20,389 nucleotides of DNA from Promethearchaeota archaeon. Its GTDB lineage: Archaea > Asgardarchaeota > Lokiarchaeia > Sigyniarchaeales > SOKP01. The notes under the pieces are model-generated. The model saw only the letters and a program-made list of their open reading frames with translations, was not told where the DNA came from and made no database searches. Location of the stretch: contig JBHLMQ010000055.1 of NCBI GenBank assembly GCA_048938005.1, positions 1 to 20,389 on the forward strand, read 5' to 3'. Shown here piece after piece: positions 1 through 8,318 of the stretch (the stretch's first letter is position 1; every line of letters starts with the position of its first letter). The translations under genes and the position numbers were made by a program.

Positions 1-1
1 T

Positions 2-589
2 CAAGAACAATTTAATGATTATAAAAAAATTTCAAAGTATATAAACGATTATAAAGAAGATGGTATGGATAATCTAAAGGATCGCTTATTAAGGTCATAT
101 AAAGGTAATATTAAGTTTTTATTTAATGATTTTTTGAAGATTAGGGAAATTAAAATATTAAGTTCTGCATTAGCTCTAAGAGAAATTAATTTAGACAATG
201 TAATTGAAGCAGAAAAATTGCTTTATCAAAATTTAGTAAGTTCTATTAAGGGATATAAAAAGATAAAAGCTATCTCTCTATATGAAGGTGAAGAAGAATT
301 CAAGCTCGGAGAAGTCTTTGAATCAGAATTAGAAATAAAAGAAGGTAGCACACAAGCATCAGTATCGAATAAAGAAGAAGCGGTAGTAATTTCTGAATCT
401 CGGCTTGTATTTAATGAAGAAAAAATAGATTATACCCTTATAAGATTTCTAAAAAAAACTCCTCCATTAGTAGGTGTTGATCTTATAAACTATGGACCTT
501 TTGAAAAAGAAGATATTGCGAATTTACCACAAAAAAACGCAAAAATCCTTATATATGAAAAGTTTGCAGAAGAAATCGAACTTTCTTAA
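2..589 (+). CDS. gins15: DNA replication complex GINS subunit Gins15/Gins51 family (5'-truncated by window edge)
   Basis: The frame is open from position 2 (QEQFNDYKKISKYINDYKEDG-M65), so the true start lies upstream of the window. A helical A-domain (FLKIREIKIL) and an acidic linker precede a C-terminal B-domain 'LIRFLKKTPPLVGVDLINYGPFEKEDIANLPQKNAKILI', typical of archaeal Gins15. Adjacent to nop10/aIF2alpha. Confidence 0.85.
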   Translation, partial: QEQFNDYKKISKYINDYKEDGMDNLKDRLLRSYKGNIKFLFNDFLKIREIKILSSALALREINLDNVIEAEKLLYQNLVSSIKGYKKIKAISLYEGEEEFKLGEVFESELEIKEGSTQASVSNKEEAVVISESRLVFNEEKIDYTLIRFLKKTPPLVGVDLINYGPFEKEDIANLPQKNAKILIYEKFAEEIELS

Positions 590-591
590 CC

Positions 592-777
592 TTATTTGAA
601 TTTCTTATCAAATTCTTCTTTAAAATATTTTAACCGATATTTTGCATATTTATCTGTTAAAGAGAACTTCGGAGGTCTTGGATTTATTAATTGACCACCA
701 CAATAACGACATTTTGATTCAGGATTCTGTAATCCGTATCTATTACACTCTTTACACTTTTGAAGGTATTTTGTCAT
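592..777 (-). CDS. nop10: H/ACA sRNP protein Nop10
   Basis: Zn ribbon CKEC...CRYCGG followed by PRPPKFSLTDKYAKYR. Directly downstream of aIF2alpha as in most archaea. Start at ATG 777 (MTKYLQ) preferred; alternative ATG at 789. Confidence 0.93.
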   Translation of the reverse strand: MTKYLQKCKECNRYGLQNPESKCRYCGGQLINPRPPKFSLTDKYAKYRLKYFKEEFDKKFK

Positions 778-801
778 TTTTAATATCATATAATATATCT
801 A

Positions 802-1623
802 TTAGTCTCGAATAAACTCAAAAGATCCATTATATTTTTCAGAGTTTTGTTCAATAACTTCTAAAGCATCAGATAATATATTTTCTGCATCCAAATAATC
901 CTTAGAAACGACTTCCAATCGATAAAATGGAGCGGCTATATAATGAATATTAATATTCCTCGTTTCTTTATGTTCAATTATTTTTAAAGCATCTAGTAAT
1001 GATTCCTTAATTTGTTCAACCCCGTTTTCTGAATTAAATGAAAGTTTTATTTTACCAGATATACTCACCGTTGAAATTTTTACATTTTCATCTATTATCT
1101 TTAATAGTGCACCTTTAACCTCATCTGATACATTATCTACTTTTGATAGTAATTCTTCTCCATTTTCCTTAAGCCCTTCAATTGCTTCTTGATAAGTATT
1201 GAAATACTCTAATACTGGAAAACCGATTAATTCATAAGCTTTATCAAGTGTAATGTCAATTCCATCTGTTTCTGTAAGAAATTGCAATAAATTTTCAAAC
1301 TTTACAGCATATTTCCATTCTTTTAATCGATTTTCTTTTTGAGCAGAATTAACTCTTCGTAATGATAAATCAACATGTCCCTTATTAGTATCTACTCTCA
1401 ATACTCGTAAAACAATTCGTTGACCAATTCGAACATAATTACGAATATTCTTAATCCACCGAGAACTTATTTCTGATATATGAATCATACCTCTAGCACA
1501 CTCCTCTGAATCCAATCCTTCGTAGTCAATTAAATCTACGTATACATATTGATGTTGAATCTCTTTTACTTTAGCAACGACAAATTCACCTTCCCTAGGG
1601 AACTTATTTCTACTTTTTACCAT
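802..1623 (-). CDS. eif2a: Translation initiation factor 2 subunit alpha (a/eIF2alpha)
   Basis: N-terminal S1 domain (FPREGEFVVAKV...GMIHISEISSRWIKNIR...VLRVDTNKGHVDLSLRRV) and C-terminal YIAAPFYRL motif. Confidence 0.97.
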   Translation of the reverse strand: MVKSRNKFPREGEFVVAKVKEIQHQYVYVDLIDYEGLDSEECARGMIHISEISSRWIKNIRNYVRIGQRIVLRVLRVDTNKGHVDLSLRRVNSAQKENRLKEWKYAVKFENLLQFLTETDGIDITLDKAYELIGFPVLEYFNTYQEAIEGLKENGEELLSKVDNVSDEVKGALLKIIDENVKISTVSISGKIKLSFNSENGVEQIKESLLDALKIIEHKETRNINIHYIAAPFYRLEVVSKDYLDAENILSDALEVIEQNSEKYNGSFEFIRD

Positions 1624-1736
1624 TGTATTGATAAGACTATAATTTATTATTTAAATCTAAATAAATTCTTAATTTTATTTAACGATCTATAATTTTTTAT
1701 TTTTTTTATCTTTCAAATACAAAATACATATGAAAA

Positions 1737-2177
1737 GTGAATCAAAAAATTCCTAATTGGTTTATTCATAATAAGTGGGCTAAAAAAGCCGGAATTAAAA
1801 AAAATGTAGCAGATCTGATAAATAGAGCTCTAGATTATGGTTTTAATTGGGCATTATACCAAAAAAATGGTGTAGAATTTGATAAAAACAATGATAATAT
1901 TATTTTTCAACAATTAAGCTATTTTAATGAAAAAGATGAAAACAAAAAGGGTTATATAAAAGCTCTTTATTTGCATCATCTATTGGATTTTTTTAAAGAA
2001 ACTTATGTAAATATTCATGATATTAATTTAGTTTTTAAAAAATTTTTACAAGATAAAGTTATAGTAGAAATTTATGATTCTAAAGGAAATAAAACAAATT
2101 TCCAACAAGAATTAAATGAAATTTTTGATTTAATAAGAGAAAATAAAGAAGAATTATTCGATGATTTAAAATCCTAA
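1737..2177 (+). CDS. Hypothetical protein, possible metal-dependent (Zn) hydrolase-like helical protein
   Basis: 146-aa ORF with GTG start. His/Asp pattern 'PNWFIHNKWA...ALD...YLHHLLD'. Function is inference only. Confidence 0.6.
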   Translation: MNQKIPNWFIHNKWAKKAGIKKNVADLINRALDYGFNWALYQKNGVEFDKNNDNIIFQQLSYFNEKDENKKGYIKALYLHHLLDFFKETYVNIHDINLVFKKFLQDKVIVEIYDSKGNKTNFQQELNEIFDLIRENKEELFDDLKS

Positions 2178-2237
2178 ATAGAGAAGAATTAAAAAAACAT
2201 AAATAAAAAAATCTATTAATTACTCTTATTTTAAGGT

Positions 2238-4094
2238 TTAAACAACCCAGTCTATTTCTAATTCTTCAAGTTTTGCTTGGGTAGGTACTCCATTCTCATT
2301 CCAACCCATCATTCTGTAATATGTTTGAATTGCGTTTTTTAATTTATCAGGATCAATTGCTGTTTCAGAAAGAGCTCCTGAAGTATGTGGTTCGAAAAAT
2401 CTCTCAGGTAACCAATCATCATTTTTGGTAAATCCTTCTCTAATATTAAAAACTCTTGCCATTGTTGAAATCCTTTCTCCTGCTTTCATTAATTCCCATA
2501 TTGAAGTATTCCAACCAGTTACTGCTTTTACTATCTCAGTAAGATGATTATAAGACCAAGAAACAAAATAGCACATTAATAGGGCATTAGATAAATAACG
2601 CCAATTTGTATAATAAGCTACTGCTCGTACTTTCTTTGGACCTAAATTATCCATTTCTAAAGGTTCTAAGATTCCTATAGAACCATGATAAGCTTGAACC
2701 CTATTGTGAACAATTGTATCATCATGTAAGTTAGTCATATGTTCCGCTCCGGTAGGTGAAATCGCATAACCAAGTCCCAATCCTTGTTTAAGACGAGGTT
2801 CATGCATTGGAATTTCAGCACCCTTAACATGCATGGCAAATTTATCTGCTCCATTTTTTATCTTATCAGCAGCTCGTTTAACGCCTTCTGCTAATATATC
2901 GCCTAAACCATCCCGTTTAGAAATCATTTTGACCATTTGAACCATTGCTTCAGAGTTTCCAAAGTTTAATTTAATACCATCAGTATCTTTATCTGTTAAA
3001 ATTCCTCTTTCATAACATTCCATTGCGAAACCAATAGAAATCCCAGTTGAGATTGTGTCTAACGAATATTTGTTGCAAATTTCATTCGCTTTACATACTG
3101 CTACTACATCATCAACTCCGCAATTGGAACCTAATGCTCCTAGAGTTTCATATTCAGGTCCTCCATAGATAGAATCAACATTCCAAGGATCCCCGATTTT
3201 AATAACTTTTTTACAACGAATAGAACAAGCATAACATCCATCCTTCTCAAGTCCTAATGTTTCATTAATTGTTCTAGGTTCTAATGCTTTAGCGCTAGAA
3301 AAACCTCCATCTCTAAAATTTCGAAATGGGAGATTACCGGATGACGCGGCTTGTTCCATATAATCTCCTCCTGTACCAAATTCAAAATAGCTTGCAATGC
3401 GTTTCTGATAATTCTCATTAAATAATTTTAATAATTCTCGTACTTTTTCTTTGTTAGTTGCTTCTGGTTTTTTATAACCCCTTACTGCAACAGCCTTAAG
3501 ATTTTTTGAACCCATTACGGCACCCATTCCAGTTCTACCAGCAGCATCTCTTAAATCATTAATAACACAAGCATAACGTACCAGTTGTTCGCCACTAGGA
3601 CCAATTTGAGCTACACGAACTTTCTTATCATTCAATTCATCTTGTATTATTTTTTGAGATTCACCGGTAATTTTACCCCAAAGATGAGTTGCATCTCTTA
3701 TTTCTGCATTATTGTTATCTATCCATAGATAAATTGGATTCTTTGCTTTACCCTCAAAAATTATCGCATCATAACCAGCATGTTTCAATTCCGCCCCCCA
3801 ATATCCACCAACCTCCGCTTCACCAAAACCACCTGTTAAAGGTGATTTGGCACCAACACTGTTTCTTCCTGTTCCAGGAATTGCAAACCCAGTTAATGGT
3901 CCTGTAGCAAAAATCAATTTATTATCAATACTTAACGGGTCTATACCCACTTTTAATTCCTTTAAGAGATAATAAGCTACGAGCCCCTCTCCACCAACAT
4001 ATCTACGGTAAAATAATTCATCAGGGTTTTCAATTGAGATTTTTTCTATTGTTAGATTTACCCTTAGAATATTATTGCTATATCCATTTACCAT
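2238..4094 (-). CDS. aor: Tungsten-containing aldehyde:ferredoxin oxidoreductase family protein
   Basis: KSPLTGG, GRTGMGAVMGSKNLKAV, [4Fe-4S] motif CYACSIRC plus a distal Cys (LMCYF), GPEYET, DTIS, and C-terminal DWLPERF...YYRMMGW. 618 aa. Confidence 0.95.
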   Translation of the reverse strand: MVNGYSNNILRVNLTIEKISIENPDELFYRRYVGGEGLVAYYLLKELKVGIDPLSIDNKLIFATGPLTGFAIPGTGRNSVGAKSPLTGGFGEAEVGGYWGAELKHAGYDAIIFEGKAKNPIYLWIDNNNAEIRDATHLWGKITGESQKIIQDELNDKKVRVAQIGPSGEQLVRYACVINDLRDAAGRTGMGAVMGSKNLKAVAVRGYKKPEATNKEKVRELLKLFNENYQKRIASYFEFGTGGDYMEQAASSGNLPFRNFRDGGFSSAKALEPRTINETLGLEKDGCYACSIRCKKVIKIGDPWNVDSIYGGPEYETLGALGSNCGVDDVVAVCKANEICNKYSLDTISTGISIGFAMECYERGILTDKDTDGIKLNFGNSEAMVQMVKMISKRDGLGDILAEGVKRAADKIKNGADKFAMHVKGAEIPMHEPRLKQGLGLGYAISPTGAEHMTNLHDDTIVHNRVQAYHGSIGILEPLEMDNLGPKKVRAVAYYTNWRYLSNALLMCYFVSWSYNHLTEIVKAVTGWNTSIWELMKAGERISTMARVFNIREGFTKNDDWLPERFFEPHTSGALSETAIDPDKLKNAIQTYYRMMGWNENGVPTQAKLEELEIDWVV

Positions 4095-4267
4095 ATAAAA
4101 ACCTTATATTGTATATTTTTTCAATTGTTATTAAATAAAATTTCAACTCATTTATATTTCTTATTTGAATCAAATTTCTGTTAAATAAAATCTATTAGTC
4201 TTATTTTTTTCGAGGAATTACTAAATCTTGGAATAAAAGTTATATATATCAATTTTTATTTATTTTT

Positions 4268-5053
4268 TTGAAGGAATTCTCTTTTTTTAATAAAATGAAT
4301 GTAAGAAAATTATTATTGCTTGTTTCAGAAGCCGCAGAAGGGAAAGACAATATAAAGGAAGGGGCAGTTGGGTATTATGGTTATGGTATTGTGTTCAGAG
4401 ATATCGATGATATTACTAAGAAGATGGATATAAGTTATAGTGGTGGAGTCTTTCCTGTAGGTACTACCAGAAAAGTAATGCAAGATTGGGATAAAGATAG
4501 AATAAAGGAATTTGATGACTTTTTAAGACATACCCCACATGACGATATGCTCTTAGCAGGTGCAGTTAAAACTCTTGTACCAACACTAGAATTTGGAGGA
4601 GAATATGAACATCTATTCGAAGTTTGGATGTTTATTAAGACACCAGAAGACAGAAGGTTCCCTGCAACTCTCCATTACGGGAAATCCGGTTTAGTTATTG
4701 GTGGATGGGATCCAGAAAGAACCAGCTTTTATATTAACGATGTAGATTTAATACCAAAATTTCCTAAAAGGTTCAACACTATTATTAATTTTAGTCCTCA
4801 TGATTTTTCTGAAGAGGAAAAAGAGTCTCTTGCTGAGGCATTTGAACATGCTCTAAGAAAGGTTCCTGTTTCGGATTTTTATGGAATATACAAACATGAT
4901 TCCGGGAATAGACTTATGGGGGTTAAAGAGGGGAGACCAATTATTGTAGAATTAGGTTTTTCTCCAGAGTTTAGCAAATTAGATTTATTTTTAAATTATA
5001 CGTTAAAACTTGGGTTGGAACAAGATGAATTTGAAAAGTGGGATTTTCATTAG
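4268..5053 (+). CDS. Hypothetical protein
   Basis: 261-aa ORF with globular-protein-like composition in an AT-rich genome. TTG start at 4268 or in-frame ATG at 4295. No family recognised. Confidence 0.75.
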   Translation: MKEFSFFNKMNVRKLLLLVSEAAEGKDNIKEGAVGYYGYGIVFRDIDDITKKMDISYSGGVFPVGTTRKVMQDWDKDRIKEFDDFLRHTPHDDMLLAGAVKTLVPTLEFGGEYEHLFEVWMFIKTPEDRRFPATLHYGKSGLVIGGWDPERTSFYINDVDLIPKFPKRFNTIINFSPHDFSEEEKESLAEAFEHALRKVPVSDFYGIYKHDSGNRLMGVKEGRPIIVELGFSPEFSKLDLFLNYTLKLGLEQDEFEKWDFH

Positions 5054-5222
5054 AAATCTTATTTCTTTCAATAATCATTTAATTTGAATAATAAAGGATA
5101 AAATAGGATAAAATATAGTAAAAAATATAAACTCAACAACATTTACAATTAACATCTATTAAAAATTAAATAATTAATATATTCAATATATTTATAACAT
5201 AAAAATTAGAAATTGATTTATC

Positions 5223-6524
5223 ATGAGTAAAACCAAACCCCATCTAAATCTTGTAATTATTGGGCATATAGATCACGGTAAATCGACAATGATGGGTGCT
5301 CTCCTCATCGAGACTGGAGCAGTTACAGAGAGAGAAGCCCGGGAGTTGGATAAAATTGCAAAGGAATATGATAGAGATTCTTGGTCTTATGCTTTTGTTT
5401 TTGATCGTCTTAAAGAAGAAAGACAGAGGGGTATCACTATTGATTTGGCGTTTAGAAAATTTGAAACTCCAAATAGATATTTCACCATTATTGATGCACC
5501 AGGCCACGCTGATTTTGTCAAAAATATGATTACCGGTGCAAGCCAAGCTGATGCTGCTATCTTAGTTGTTTCTGGAAAGAAGGGTGAAATGGAAGTTGGA
5601 ATTGCAGCTAATGGACAAACTCGTGAACACGCTTATTTAGCACAGACTTTAGGTGTAAAACAAATTGTTGTAGCTGTGAATAAAGCTGATATTTACGATT
5701 ATTCTGAGGCACGCTTTAATGAATGTAAGGATGCCGTCGGGGATCTTTTAAGCAGTATAGGTTTTAAATTAAAGGATGTACCCTTCGTACCAACGAGTGG
5801 AATGGCAATGGAGAACTTATCACGGAAGAGTGATAAAATGCCTTGGTATGATGGTCCTACATTGATTGATGCGATTGATCAATTTGTCCTTCCTGAAAAA
5901 CCAACTGATAAACCTTTAAGACTTCCTATTCAGGATGCTTATAGAATTAAGGGGACAGGGGTTGTCCCTGTTGGTAGAGTAGAAACTGGAATTTTAAAGA
6001 AAGGGGATAAAATAATTATCATGCCAACTGGATTTCAAGGTGAAATCCGTAGTATAGAAATGCATCACGAAGAGATACCCCAAGCAATTCCCGGAGACAA
6101 CGTAGGGTTTAGTATTCGAGGCATTACAATGGCAGATGCAAGCAGAGGAGATTGCCTAGGGCATCCTAGTGACCCTCCAACTGTAATTACCCCGAAAGGA
6201 AAATGGACAGGACAAATTATAGTTATTTGGCATCCTACTGCCATTGCACAAGGTTATACACCAGTAATTCACGCACACACAGCACAAGTTGCTGCAAAGT
6301 TTACAGGTTTACTTAAAAAATTAGATCAAAAGACAAGCGCAGTGATTGAGGATAACCCTAAATTTCTCAAGAAAAATGAATCTGCTATCGTTGAATTATC
6401 TCCAATCAAGAAGATGTGTCTCGAAAAATATGAAAATATTCCAGAAATGGGTCGTTTTGCTGTTCGAGACATGGGACGCACTGTTGCCGTTGGAATTGTC
6501 AAAGAAATTGACACAGGTACATAA
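5223..6524 (+). CDS. tuf: Translation elongation factor EF-1alpha
   Basis: GHIDHGKS, EERQRGITID, DAPGH, KNMITGASQADAA, NKAD, LRLPIQD, GVVPVGRVETG, PGDNVG, GRFAVRDMGRTVAVG. Confidence 0.97.
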   Translation: MSKTKPHLNLVIIGHIDHGKSTMMGALLIETGAVTEREARELDKIAKEYDRDSWSYAFVFDRLKEERQRGITIDLAFRKFETPNRYFTIIDAPGHADFVKNMITGASQADAAILVVSGKKGEMEVGIAANGQTREHAYLAQTLGVKQIVVAVNKADIYDYSEARFNECKDAVGDLLSSIGFKLKDVPFVPTSGMAMENLSRKSDKMPWYDGPTLIDAIDQFVLPEKPTDKPLRLPIQDAYRIKGTGVVPVGRVETGILKKGDKIIIMPTGFQGEIRSIEMHHEEIPQAIPGDNVGFSIRGITMADASRGDCLGHPSDPPTVITPKGKWTGQIIVIWHPTAIAQGYTPVIHAHTAQVAAKFTGLLKKLDQKTSAVIEDNPKFLKKNESAIVELSPIKKMCLEKYENIPEMGRFAVRDMGRTVAVGIVKEIDTGT

Positions 6525-6534
6525 AAAGCCTACA

Positions 6535-6610
6535 TTTTGATTTTTTTATTCTATTTTAACTTATTATATGTTTTTTTAAAATTCTATTTTTAATTAGTTT
6601 CAATTTTTTA
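6535..6610 (+). terminator. Oligo-T tracts downstream of tuf (putative archaeal intrinsic terminator)
   Basis: T8 at 6540-6547 plus further T-runs immediately after the tuf stop. Weak evidence because of the AT-rich background. Confidence 0.35.
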
Positions 6611-6750
6611 AAGTTCTTATATGAGAACCAAGAAAGTTAAATGTATTCTCAGAAACATATTTGGATATCATACCCATATTATTTTATTTTTTGAAGTTTT
6701 ATTTGCCTTTTCTACCTAACAAGTTCTTATCTAGAAAAGGTTGATTTGAA

Positions 6751-7224
6751 GTTCTTTCAACTAAAACAAAGATTTGTTTTTTAGGGTTGAGTAGTGTTGG
6801 AAAATCATCATTATTAAGTTTACTTCAAGGGCGGGAAATATCTAAGGAGAGAAATCCTACAGTTGGATTGGAAATCGAGGATTCAATCCTTAATGGTAAG
6901 AAAATTAATATTTGGGACTTTGGAGGTCAAGAACGGTTTAGATTTATGTGGCAGGATTTTCTCAGAGGCACAGGCTTAGCCGTTTTAGTATGTGATTCTA
7001 CTGAAGATAATATTAGCAAAACTAAAGATATTTATAAAAAATTTTCACGGTATTTAGATGCTAAAATCATAGCAATAGCAAATAAACAAGATCTTCCAGA
7101 TGCTATGAGTGCGAAGAAAGTTCAGAAAAAATTAGGTATTCGAACATATGGGATGTCTGCGATAAGATTAGACTTAAGAGATAGAATGCGTGAAATTCTA
7201 GAATATGAGATAGAAACAAGTTAA
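6751..7224 (+). CDS. Small GTPase, Arf/Arl-like (Asgard-type); start uncertain
   Basis: G1 KICFLGLSSVGKSS (beta1 is encoded upstream of the ORF-track start 6787), G2 PTVG, G3 WDFGGQERFR, G4 ANKQD, G5 MSAI. PTVG, WDxGGQ and NKQD are Arf-family-like. The frame is open back to a TGA at 6742-6744. Confidence 0.9.
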   Translation, partial: VLSTKTKICFLGLSSVGKSSLLSLLQGREISKERNPTVGLEIEDSILNGKKINIWDFGGQERFRFMWQDFLRGTGLAVLVCDSTEDNISKTKDIYKKFSRYLDAKIIAIANKQDLPDAMSAKKVQKKLGIRTYGMSAIRLDLRDRMREILEYEIETS

Positions 7225-7242
7225 AAAAAGTCTAAAAATTAC

Positions 7243-7803
7243 TTAGTATATTTTACCGATTAAATGTGCTATGCGGATGCATTCTGGTAATTTAGAATCT
7301 ATACAGATCTTTTGTAAGAGTGTTTCTACTTTATTAATTTCTATTCCTTTTGAGTGGAAATAAATTATTGATGCCCCCCCAGCAGTTTCAATTTGAGTTT
7401 GATATAAGTTTCCAGCATCAATAATATTTTGTATTTTTTCTCTATATGTATTTGGAAATTTATGAATAATCGCTTTTCTTACAGAATCAAGATCGACTCT
7501 TCGATCATTAACCGCAATAATAGGTTTTCTTGTTTCATTGTAAATTTTTTTTAAATTAATAAGATTAAATCCTCCGAATGTAATTGTATGAGTTAATATA
7601 AATTGAACGTGTTTTTCATTTTGTTTAACTAATTCTATTAATTTTTCAGTTGCGTTATTGCCATCTATTTCAATTTCTGTACTTATGACATGTACCATTC
7701 TAATACCTTGACAAATGACTCCAATTAATTGAGTAGTTTTAGATTTTGCCTTTAATTCGAAAGTTGCATCATCAAATCCAATTGTTATAGGATTATCTTT
7801 CAT
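7243..7803 (-). CDS. DUF99 / UPF0215 family protein (endonuclease V-like)
   Basis: IGFDD, IEIDGNNAT, ITFGGFNLI and C-terminal KLPECIRIAHLIG. Confidence 0.88.
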   Translation of the reverse strand: MKDNPITIGFDDATFELKAKSKTTQLIGVICQGIRMVHVISTEIEIDGNNATEKLIELVKQNEKHVQFILTHTITFGGFNLINLKKIYNETRKPIIAVNDRRVDLDSVRKAIIHKFPNTYREKIQNIIDAGNLYQTQIETAGGASIIYFHSKGIEINKVETLLQKICIDSKLPECIRIAHLIGKIY

Positions 7804-7807
7804 TTTA

Positions 7808-8260
7808 TTATTTCACAGGCAAAAATTTTTTAATATAATTTAAAAGATTAGTAAAGGCGATGGTTGAATTTTTTATTTCTTCGTTTCTATCAGAGAGATC
7901 GCCAGAGAGATTTTCAACTAAAAAGTTAATCATTTCCTTCAAAGTCATTTTATTACTAAGCCATACATATGCTACTAAGGATTCAACAGTATCGGCAAGA
8001 TCATGAGCATTAGCTCTACTTCGTGCAAATTGTTTCATGTTTGCTTTTTTTAATGCTGTTTCCAAAATATTTTTACCTACTTTTTTTCCTGTCCTAACAA
8101 TTTTGTTATTTGGATTATTATTTGTTAGAAAAATAGATTTTGCTACAGAATAAGAGACGTTTACAATCCCATCTCCAATTTTAGCTAATCCTTTATCAGT
8201 TCCGATAATTTTTTGAGATTTATTAAGATTTAAATCTTTGATTAAAAACTCGTAATCCAT
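7808..8260 (-). CDS. Archaeal ribonuclease III family protein (Mini-III-like, no dsRBD)
   Basis: 'DKGLAKIGDGIVN' and 'ADTVESLVAYVWL' correspond to the two RNase III acidic signature segments. 150 aa. Confidence 0.82.
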   Translation of the reverse strand: MDYEFLIKDLNLNKSQKIIGTDKGLAKIGDGIVNVSYSVAKSIFLTNNNPNNKIVRTGKKVGKNILETALKKANMKQFARSRANAHDLADTVESLVAYVWLSNKMTLKEMINFLVENLSGDLSDRNEEIKNSTIAFTNLLNYIKKFLPVK

Positions 8261-8318
8261 TAAGATAAGTAGAATTAAGCTGTCTTATAAAGTTTTCATA
8301 AAAAAAGAGAATAACACC

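Noticed and set aside
3689-3907. Plus-strand 72-aa His/Gln-rich ORF
   Set aside because: Antisense shadow of aor with no independent motif.
4131-4191. Direct repeat TTAAATAAAAT at 4131 and 4181 in the aor/orphan spacer
   Set aside because: A/T-only sequence, expected by chance in this composition.
5096-5115. Tandem GGATAAAATA x2 upstream of tuf
   Set aside because: Only two low-complexity copies; not a CRISPR or iteron array.
5244-6540. Four short alternative-frame or antisense ORFs within tuf
   Set aside because: Overlap a highly conserved gene and show no recognisable motifs.
6742-6744. In-frame TGA as selenocysteine
   Set aside because: Not at a catalytic Cys-type position. The 18-nt spacer after the gene shows no SECIS-like hairpin that I could identify, and the TGA fits an SD-like motif.
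6777-6786. TTTTTTAGGG, identical to the HIV-1 gag-pol slippery site
   Set aside because: It simply encodes F-L-G of the P-loop strand. A -1 shift from the GTPase frame hits TAG within a few codons, and no stimulatory hairpin was evident.
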